Part shown: one piece after another, positions 1-8,900 of the stretch | Position numbering within the stretch: the first letter of the stretch is position 1 | How the letters are laid out: each line of letters opens with the position of its first letter | Assembly (NCBI GenBank): GCA_051294905.1 | Contig: CM119371.1 | Coordinates: 8,744,001 to 8,808,000 of the forward strand | Direction: 5' to 3' | DNA: 64,000 nt | Origin: Botryllus schlosseri | Lineage: Eukaryota | Notes under the pieces: model-generated | Told to the model about the DNA's origin: nothing | The model's input: only the letters and a program-made list of their open reading frames with translations | The model's database searches: none | Translations under genes and position numbers: made by a program

Positions 1-440
1 CCATCATCATCATCATCATTGGTTTATTAGCAATTTTATCAGTTCAATACACCACAAAAAATGCGATACAATGAAAAGACAGGAAGATGTCGAAGCGACA
101 AGGAGTAGTCTATGGAATCGGACACCCACCTTGGCCTAGGCGATGTAAAGAGGAGGCATGCACACTGAATGAAAGTAAAGAAGATAGTATAGAAAAAGAA
201 AGCGACAAGAAATAGGGCGGCATGTCATGGGAAGCGAGATCGATAGGTCAGTCGTGGTCCGGTAATCTTGAGGATGGACTGTATTTATTTAGTAGCAATT
301 GCTTGTATTTCGACTTGAATGTGGACATGCTCGTCGACTGTTGGATGGCCGGCGGGATACTGTTCCACACATCACGTCCGGCATATTTGATAGAGCGATG
401 ATCTTTTCGGTCGATCATATGATATTTGGACGACGTGGAC
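1..440 (-). mobile_element. 3' end of a 5'-truncated L2/CR1-type LINE
   Basis: The minus-strand ORF ends in SIKYAGRDVWNSIPPAIQQSTSMSTFKSKYKQLLL, typical of a CR1/L2 ORF2 C-terminus. It is followed on the minus strand by AATAAA and an (ATG)n tail (plus-strand catcatcat at 2-19). Confidence 0.7.
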
Positions 441-454
441 GCGCATGGCCGTAA

Positions 455-1053
455 ACCTCGCGGCTCTCCCGATATCGAAAAATCAAAAATACATGAAAAA
501 ATCACATATTGGCGTGGTCAGTGAGTGGTCATAATGGTCAGTTTCAGATAAATACCGAATCGGACCACTACCGTCCAGTTTATTACATGAAACAACGAGT
601 AATACTTTCTCTTGTCATATCCAACCATTTTCAGGCATTGTAAACCAGTTTATGACTCATATTTCGGCATAAACTTGTACTTGAACTTGACCATGTTCTT
701 GAAAATCATCGAAGCGTGACCAAAATTAACAAACCCCCTCAGAAACCTCCCCAAAACATGGTTTGATGTTTGAAACGATGAAAACTTGCACGGAGTACCG
801 TACAAGTTGAGTGATGATGTTCTTTCAGAATTTTCGACAAAATTTCCCACTCGGAATATATCTGGAAATTTCAGGTGATAACCAGTTTTTTCGGGTTTTC
901 GTATTTTTTTTCTTTGCGAACTAAAATTTTTGAGTAAGGTATCAAATGAATCGGAAAAATCAATTACTCGATGCCTGCGGCGTGTCAACACGGAGAAATC
1001 GGTCACAGAGACATGTCATATCAGATATGATACACCCCCTTCAAAAGGGTTAA
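455..1053. mobile_element. possible non-autonomous piggyBac-like DNA transposon remnant
   Basis: The right end reads ...CAAAAGGG|TTAA (1047-1053). The left end is not clearly preserved and there is no coding similarity. Confidence 0.35.
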
Positions 1054-1539
1054 AGCTTTCAATAGCTAAACATCACATAAAGTGAAACGTAATTGACCTA
1101 ATTCGGATTTTGGATTGGCAATACGAGCAAGTTTATTGCTGCAGTTGGAAAAACAGATTCGCGAGTGTGTTAGATAGATTCGTTCTTTGTATGTGTAGAA
1201 GTATCTATATTTATAATATTTACATATTTAAAGATAAAATGGTTATAATGCTGTCAGCAGTGTGTGTCCTGGAGTTAAACCAAAAGTACAATCAGCAAAT
1301 CTAGGAAAAGATTGCAGCTCACATAGTCAAATTTACATCCAGTTCTAAGAATATGGACAACCGACTTTCGCCCCTAATTTTGACAATGAGAACGATCAGC
1401 TTATAAACTCTGGTCAATGTTTTTGACGCGTGTACGTCATCATTGAATCAATATTTGGTTTGTCTCAAATTTACAAATACCTACACATTATTTCCCCGTT
1501 GTCGGATACTATATAATCAAATACCAATATTGAATTTTG

Positions 1540-1628
1540 GCTTAGTATCCCAATTTTATATACTATGGCCCGCGCATGAAATCAAATGTTGCATGCGGCC
1601 CGCGAGCCTAAAAGTTTGCCCACCCCTG
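1540..1628. mobile_element. right end of Charlie/Buster-like hAT MITE inserted in a tRNA-Pro(CGG) relic
   Basis: GCGGCCCGCG subterminal motifs and terminus AAGTTTGCCCACCCCTG, followed by GTCTAAGG and the rest of a tRNA-Pro. A paralog is at 50929-51001. Confidence 0.7.
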
Positions 1629-1710
1629 GTCTAAGGGTATGGTTCCCGCTTCGGGTGCGAGAGGTCTCTTTTGAAAAAGACACTGGTCAAACTGACTGCA
1701 TGGTTTAGAT

Positions 1711-2091
1711 ATGTGGTTCCCAACTTTTTTCGATTAATTTCTCCCTTATCAATCTCGACATAAATTTTCTCCCCTCCCCATATTTGCGATTACGGAAAAG
1801 GAGGCATATAATCGGGAAAATTATTTACCTAGGAGGCGAATTTACTGACAAAGGCAATTTTTCCGAGATGGTAGGTGCTCGGAAAACCGGTTGCCGCGTC
1901 TACTTTCCAATGAGTTGACCTTTTTTCGCGTCGTATTCAGAATAAGCCGTCTTCACTTGCATGTTTTGACCGTCTTAATCAAATATATCTCAACGGACGT
2001 TCTAATATTTTCACTCCCATCGCTTACCAGTCGCCCCCTTTGGTATTTTCGTTTCCTCGTGGGCCGATATCGCCCATGTTGGGAACCACTG
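1711..2091. mobile_element. hAT-type MITE, family A, 381 bp
   Basis: Termini (AT)GTGGTTCCCAAC...GTTGGGAACCACTG with a perfect 8-bp TSD GTTTAGAT (1703-1710, 2092-2099). The empty site is visible in the sister repeat at ~2592. Confidence 0.85.
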
Positions 2092-2447
2092 GTTTAGATA
2101 ATTTCCGTCAACCTTCAGCCTTAAGGTACGGTTCATGGTTCACGATTCAGGTTCGCGTGCTGCTCCAAGATTCGAATTGCTGACCAGCGCTAACGTTTAA
2201 TAGCATGACTAATTCTGGAAGTGGACGGATTTCGAAATCAACGTCTTGTTAGTTGGATGAATCAGTTTCATTACCGGTGTGTTCCACCTGTCGAGGGGTG
2301 CGATTCTTGCTCTGGGTGCGTGGGACCAACCTTTCCAATCCCGGAACAGCCCACATTTCGCATACCACCCCAATTTTTGTGTCGACTATTTTCAAACAGC
2401 ATATGGTGGCTGAGGTAACGGTATCAACTGCGGCACTGTCACTTGTC

Positions 2448-2518
2448 GGCTCGTTGGTGTGGGGGTATGATTCTCGCTTAAGGTGCGAGGGGTCCCAGTT
2501 CAAATACCGGACAAGCCC
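2448..2518 (+). pseudogene. tRNA-Pro pseudogene (anticodon reads AAG instead of AGG)
   Basis: GGCTCGTTGGTGTGGGGGTATGATTCTCGCTTAAGGTGCGAGGGGTCCCAGTTCAAATACCGGACAAGCCC is a near full-length metazoan tRNA-Pro with several stem and A-box mutations. Confidence 0.8.
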
Positions 2519-3870
2519 CTGCTTTGAACTCCGTGCCTAATTTTCGCAAGAACCCTTTTTGAAAAAGAGCACTGGTAAAGCTGACTGCATGGTTTAGATT
2601 AATTCCCTCAACGGTGTTTTTTAGAATTAGGTATGGTTCACTCTTTTGGTTCGCATGATAGTCCAAGATTCAAATTGCTGACTAACGCTAACGTTCAATT
2701 GCATGACTAATTCTTAGGGCAGACCTATTTAAAAATCAACGTTCTGTCAGTGAGGTGAATCAATTTCACAGCCGGTGTGCCCCACCTATCGAGCGGTGTG
2801 ATTCTCGCTTTGGGTGCGTGAGATCCACATTTTAAATGCCGGAACATTCCTCGGTTGGCATAACGCCACCAATTATTTTAGTAAAAAATAGAATGCACTT
2901 CAGCCCGAGTTTAATGTACACCGTTTTCAACGTCATACGACATACGTCCCTGCTGACATACTTGATCACTTCAGCACTAGCTTCCAGTTAATATATAATA
3001 TAAATTATTTTCGTTGCTGTTTGCAGTAGGTTGTCGTAACAGGGGACAAAAGCCACCGGTTTCCCTCTCATTTTCTACTTGTACATTGTGACTCCATATG
3101 TGCCACTCCGTCCCATCAAAGTCGAAGGAAAACGTAAGGTAGCCTCCGTATAATCTGATAATATGAATATATTTTTGAGCGAATAACATAACAAATAGAA
3201 CCAAATTTTCACTAGTTCTACAATATTCCCAATAGCTCTGTGGCTCACCTCAAAATGCTCCTGTGGCCCACCAGTGCGCCATGGCCCACCCTTTGAGAAC
3301 CCCTGATCTATCACAATGATTTGTTTATGTAGCCACAATGGTGCGAAGGAAGAGACAGCCTATTAGTTGCAACAGCTTCGAACATCTTGGTGGTTGTATA
3401 TAATTTAAATGATGTTTCGTATAAATACTTTGATGATCTCGTTAAAAATGATCATTCCTTATGGGTAAAAGCTGAAGGAGCCACAACATATTCATGGGCT
3501 GAAACAGAAAATAAGTTTTATATATTGCCTTTGGGTCTGTTTTTGTAACTTTTGCCTGAAACTACCAAGGAAATGTAACATATTATCAAACTGAAACGTA
3601 ACAATGCTATACTTTCGTTTTAATTGTTGGCAACACTAAATATCCGTTCACATTTACTAAGAAGTTGTCGAGGTGGATACTGCGAAACGTACTCAGAGAA
3701 GGCAGGATGGAACTTATCGGCATTCCTGCTCTGCGAACGGCTGGTATTGTTCATGAGCCTAAAGGCCACGTACCGATATAATACAGCCTTTACTTGAAGA
3801 AAAGCAATAGAGAAAAGAATACGCGGAACCGATTGTTTCCCGAAAAAGAAAACTGTGGCCGAATTGTAGT

Positions 3871-4264
3871 TGTCACGGTGGCTTTCAGCCCGTATTCTTC
3901 GGTTCGTTACACATGACTACCTCACAGAACGAGGCCAGGCATCGAGCGCACGTGGTCATTCTTTTGTCTGAGAACGTCGCACAGTTAACAGGGTGTTCAT
4001 ATTGCTCTTGCATTCTAATTGACATTATTGTAATTTCTCAGAGTATTGCCAGCGTATATTTTAAGGGTGTGTTATTGGACCAGACTGATTGACCTTGATT
4101 CTACAATACATCGTGACGGGGATATCATTGTGTCTGTAGTCTGGACTTATAGCAGTCAGTTGAAGATACTCGAAATCCGTCATTACTCGCACCGGTACTC
4201 TAGTCCGGCTCAAACTGAGCCGTTTCAATCCTGTGAACAATTGCTTTCGCAGTCCCACGGGACA
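3871..4264 (+). repeat. 5' LTR
   Basis: Direct repeat of 11219-11612. Only two differences seen (4051 A vs 11399 G; 4175 A vs 11523 G). Confidence 0.97.
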
Positions 4265-4301
4265 TAAAAGTTAAAAAATACGAGAGCTGACTGACATCGA
4301 T

Positions 4302-5963
4302 ATGGATACAACACTGCTAGCTGCTAGTCATCTGTTTTTGAGCAAGCAGTATATCGACCAAGTCCTCGAAAACTTCAGCGCCGCTTTCCTGAAAGTAGAG
4401 CGTGCTTTCCTTTCCTCTATCGAGAATGCTTCGCCCATCGAACACGTTGTCAAGTGCAGAGATGAACTAGAAGAACTCTGTGCTCAAGTCGCCACCGACT
4501 TGGACCGATTGATCGTAGGAGTTGAACAGGATCACGCCCTTCGAGATTCGATACCGCAAATAGAAAAGCTGTTAGTAACAGCTTCACGCGCACAGGTCAA
4601 TGCACGTCGCGCCTACCAATCCTACCAAGAAGGAAGCATGAACACTTCCTCCGAAGTCACCATCGACTACATTAATACCCAAACTTCGAAGAAACCATCA
4701 AGTCTTCATTCCGTCACGCCGTCCAGAACGTCAGCAACAGTCCGAAACGCTAGGCTGGCACTTGAAAGGATTAAACTGAGACAAGAACAGAGAAGAGCTA
4801 CAATCGATGCCGAATTTGAAGGTAGATTTGAGGTTCTCGAAGCCACCTCGAACTTGGAAGCCGCCGAGGAAGAAGCATCAATTGCCGGTTCTGTCGGATC
4901 ACGAGAGTCGATTATTTCCGACACTGAAAACATTGCTGTGAGTACTGAACCTTTGAATTTATCTGCAACTCACGCATCGTGGTTCGTTCCCTGGGGAACG
5001 CCAGCGTCTGCAACGGGCAGTAGCACTGGGCAGAGACTCGTTAACGAGCCGGCGGTAACCCAATCATTGACAACCAACCATCAGCCAACCGCACAAGCAA
5101 GTAGGGTAGAAGTCGCGCATGCTCTAATTCAAAACCCTAATCGTAACTGTCGTCCGTCCGTCAGTTTCGCAGCGGATACCTATAGTTACCAGTCTAGGGA
5201 GGTAGGTCCGCATTCCCAGCCTGTTCGTTCGCGTAGTCTAGATGCCGAGCCGGCCACTCCTTCATATCCTCGAAGCACTCCTCAGTGGCAGGGTGAACGG
5301 TTGGTCAATGAACATATCTCTTATCCTCGTAATACGCTCGCCGATATTCATCGTCGTCAAAACGATTTCATGCCTACTGCGCAAAATGATCTCATTCATC
5401 GTCCTCGCGGCCACTCCGCCGATATTCGTAATGTGCCGAATGCGCACACCGATCTTCGTTCTCGCAGTCAATCTGCCGATATTCGTTACATGCCGAACGC
5501 GCACACCTATGTTCGTTCTCATTTTCGCGGTCAATCAGCCGATATCCGTTACGTGCCAAATGTGCACACCGAGCTCAGTCCTCGTTCTCGCGGTCAACCC
5601 GCCGATATTCGTAACGTGCCGAACGCGCACACCGATCTTAGTTCTCATTTTCGCGGTCAACCCGCCGATATTCGTAATGTGCCGAACGCGCACACCGATC
5701 TTCGTTCTCATTTTCGCGGTCAACCCGCCGATATTCGTAATGTGCCGAACGCGCACACCGATCTTAGTTCTCATTCTCGCAACCGATTAGTGACTAGTTA
5801 CCGCCGCCCGGACGGTTTTTCGTTTTCCGAGCACGACGATTCTATTCCCCGGTATCGAGAGCAAGGAGATTTCGCGCTTTCTGGCTATAGTAATCCCGTG
5901 CATAACCGCAGTGTATCACTCCTGGCCCCTATCAACCGCGCGATTACGGTCCTTCCGTCCTAG
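4302..5963 (+). CDS. BEL/Pao Gag N-terminal part (coiled-coil region plus 21-aa tandem repeats)
   Basis: A 553-aa ORF starting 37 nt after the 5' LTR, with a helical E/R/A-rich segment. It overlaps the -1 frame of the downstream polyprotein at 5906-5963. Confidence 0.8.
   Translation: MDTTLLAASHLFLSKQYIDQVLENFSAAFLKVERAFLSSIENASPIEHVVKCRDELEELCAQVATDLDRLIVGVEQDHALRDSIPQIEKLLVTASRAQVNARRAYQSYQEGSMNTSSEVTIDYINTQTSKKPSSLHSVTPSRTSATVRNARLALERIKLRQEQRRATIDAEFEGRFEVLEATSNLEAAEEEASIAGSVGSRESIISDTENIAVSTEPLNLSATHASWFVPWGTPASATGSSTGQRLVNEPAVTQSLTTNHQPTAQASRVEVAHALIQNPNRNCRPSVSFAADTYSYQSREVGPHSQPVRSRSLDAEPATPSYPRSTPQWQGERLVNEHISYPRNTLADIHRRQNDFMPTAQNDLIHRPRGHSADIRNVPNAHTDLRSRSQSADIRYMPNAHTYVRSHFRGQSADIRYVPNVHTELSPRSRGQPADIRNVPNAHTDLSSHFRGQPADIRNVPNAHTDLRSHFRGQPADIRNVPNAHTDLSSHSRNRLVTSYRRPDGFSFSEHDDSIPRYREQGDFALSGYSNPVHNRSVSLLAPINRAITVLPS
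5406..5780 (+). repeat. coding minisatellite: 6 copies of a 63-bp (21-aa) unit RGQPADIRNVPNAHTDLxSHF (first unit 57 bp)
   Basis: Units start at 5406, 5463, 5526, 5589, 5652 and 5715. Confidence 0.95.
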
Positions 5964-8900
5964 TGACACCGGATAGCCCGGCGAACTATAATAACGATCC
6001 CTATCTTGCCTCGGTGAATTCCATGTTAGGCTCCATGAAGCGTAGCATGGACCTCAATACTGTTACAATTGCCAGTTTCGATGGCGACCCGCGAGATTAT
6101 TACCGGTTCATGAACGAATTCGATAGTGCCTTTGAACCCGTAAATGCCAATCCTAGTGAAAGACATGACGCCCGAACCAAGCTTAACAAGCTGATATCGT
6201 ACTGTACGGGCGACGCTAAATCCGCACTTGCTGGCTGCAGTGCTAATCGGTATGGCGAGGACGCATACTTACATGCCCGTAACGTCCTACATGATAGCTT
6301 TGGCCGAGACTCCTACGTTATTGACGCTTTCATTGATGAATTGACGCATAGTGGTGATGTTAACCCTAATGATAATCGTGAACTGGCTGCAGCATATGAT
6401 CAGCTTCGGTCGGCAAATCACATCCTCTCGCAACTTGGCGCAATGGCTCAAGTAAATGCACCGGCAGTCTCTGACGCAATAATGAAGCGTTTTCCACGCC
6501 ACTTCATACAAAAATTCTCGAGCAAGTATGAAGAAAAGATGGAAAACGGGTACGAGCCGCAGTTTGAAGATTTTGTTGCCTTTGTTGGTAGACAAGCTGG
6601 TACGTCAAGAACTCGACTTGGAAAATTCGTGTCGAGCATGCCGTTCGCCAGAGCTACCAAGTTTCCACCTCGAAAGACGCAAGTGAATGCAACGTCCGTC
6701 GATCGTCCCGTCGCTGTCTCCAACGAACCAAGACCACGCTCTGCACGTACGAAGCCAACGCCTCGCTGTCACCTCTGCGACGACTCGCACCCGCTCTACC
6801 AATGCGACCTCTTCCACCAGAAGACTCCAGCCGAACGCAAGAAGTTTGTAGAAGAAAAGCCGGTCTGTGTCAACTGCCTGGGCTACGGGCACGAAGCCCC
6901 TGCGTGCAAATCAGATCGTAAGTGCTACGTCAGCGGCTGCGGAGCGTCGCATCACACCCTACTTCATGGGGGCTTTCAAAATAAAATAACCGCAGATGTC
7001 AACACGATGTCGTCTTGGCTAAACGGGAAAGTAAATCCTGTGCGGTTATCTGTTGTACCGGTTATAATCACCTCCCCCGATTCAAATGTTAGAGTGGTCA
7101 CCAACGCATTCCTAGATCCAGGCTGTGGCCATGTTCTGTGCACACACCGGTTGCGTAAAAAATTAAATATGCAGGGTGACCGTATGGTTTGCGAAACGTC
7201 GACTGCAGGTGGCGTTTTCGAAGGGGAGGTAGAAGTGATTTCTCTTACTGTGCAAGCCCTTGATCAAAGCACAGTTATCGATATAAAAAATGTGCTCGCG
7301 ACTTCTCATTTTCCCGATGTGCAAAATCATACGCCAAATGTTGATACTATTTCTGAATGCGATCACCTCAGTCACATTAACATACCGGTCGCCAATACGA
7401 ATGATGTCGACCTCGTCCTAGGAAAAGATTTCCAAATGCAATACCCAAATACAGAAATCATTAAGCCCCAGAATGGTCTGCCTGGTGCCGAGCTCTCGGT
7501 TTTCGGTTGGTCCCTTGCTGGCGCCGACCGCACCCTTATCAAATCTGGCTTTCAGCCCAATAGTGTGAATTTTATCGATATGAATTTCGTGCATGCTGAG
7601 AATACCATTTTTAACCGATTTGATTCGCCAACGTTGCCAATTTGCTCTAGTTGTAACGCTGATTTTTCGGACGTTTGGGTTGATCCCTATGAATCGCAAA
7701 ATTCGATCGAAGACGAACAAGCGCTGTCGACTATGAAAGAAACCGCGCACATATTGAACGGCCGTTTCCGAGTCGGTCTTCCATGGAGAACGAAAGAAGT
7801 GAAGCTGCCATATAATCGTGGAGCTGCCGAGAAATCACTCGAAAACCAACGCTCGAAATTCCAGAAAGATCCTGAGTTCTTCCGCAAATATAAAGAAAAA
7901 ATCGACGAATACCTGTCTCGAGGCTATGCACAGGTAGTCCCGCCCGACCTACTTCCTGCATCCGAAAGGACTTTCTATCTCATCCATTTCCATACTCGAC
8001 AACAGAAGATGCGAATTGTATTTGACGCTAGCCGCAAATTCTCGGGCATCAGTTTGAACAGCCAACTGCTCAGCGGGCCTGACGTCAACTCTTCTCTAAT
8101 TGGAGTACTATGCCGTTTTCGTATGGGCAGGTACGCTTGGGTTGCCGATCTCGCCCAGATGTTCTCGAGAATTCAGACCTATCCGGAAGACTCTGATAGC
8201 CTACGCTTCCTCTGGTTTGAAGACAGCAGACTAGATGGAAAAGCGATCGATTATCAGATGACGTCTCATGTCTTCGGAAGCACGTCTTCACCATGCATTG
8301 CTCAGTTCTGTCTTCGTCAGATCGTTCTTTTGAACGGCACCAGTGCCGACAAGCCTACGCTTGACTGTATCTTGCGTAACACATATGTCGACGACATACT
8401 TCATTCCTCAGACGACCTTGGAACTGCGATCAAAGTCATCGAAGAGCTGCGAACGCTTTTCGCTCACTACGGTTTCAACCTTACTAAATTTGCTAGCGGC
8501 AGGACCGAGATCATGTCGCGGATTCCCGAAGACGCCCGTGCTGCCAACCTGGTGGATCTCGACTTCACGAACTCCGGTAAAGAAAGTACGTTGGGAGTTA
8601 TCTGGAACATGAATGAGGACTCACTTTGCGCCCGTACTAACATCAAACCTAAGCCTTTTACTCGAAGAGGCATCGCCAGCCAGATCGCTCAGATCTACAC
8701 TCCTTTCGGATATTCAAGCCCGTTCCTGTTACCGGCAAGACTGCTCCTGCAGGAAATATCTCGTAACGACCTGGATTGGGACACACCGATTGACGATAGT
8801 TTCAAAGCAAAATGGAAAAAATGGGTCGACTCACTCCCAGAACTCGAAAAACTATCATTTCCGAGATGCTACAAGCCGCCTGGTTTCTCGCCAGTGAATA

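Larger units (their letters stand above)
1629..2860 (+). pseudogene. decayed tandem array of tRNA-Pro-like pseudogenes (about 6 units, ~165-bp spacing)
   Basis: Repeated degenerate matches to GGGGTATGATTCTCGCTTnGGGTGCGAGAGGTCCC...TTCAAAT at ~1629, ~2120, ~2280, 2448, ~2625 and ~2780. Spacers also repeat, e.g. ACTGGTnAAnCTGACTGCATGGTTTAGAT at ~1682 and ~2571. Confidence 0.75.

Noticed and set aside
1891..2097. Similar ORFs at 1891-2097 and 51256-51540 suggesting a small gene family
   Set aside because: Both lie within copies of the same non-coding MITE; the similarity reflects DNA duplication.
2448..2518. Functional tRNA with a Leu anticodon on a Pro body (mistranslating tRNA)
   Set aside because: A-box, T-stem and acceptor-stem mismatches indicate a pseudogene.
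4046..4267. Near-identical ORFs at 4046 and 11394
   Set aside because: Chance ORFs in the two LTRs.
5406..5780. Regularly spaced repeats as a possible CRISPR array
   Set aside because: Head-to-tail units with no unique spacers, in frame within a retrotransposon gag, in a eukaryotic context.
5242..5790. Hydrophobic repetitive ORFs overlapping gag on both strands
   Set aside because: Alternative-frame shadows of the 63-bp coding repeat.
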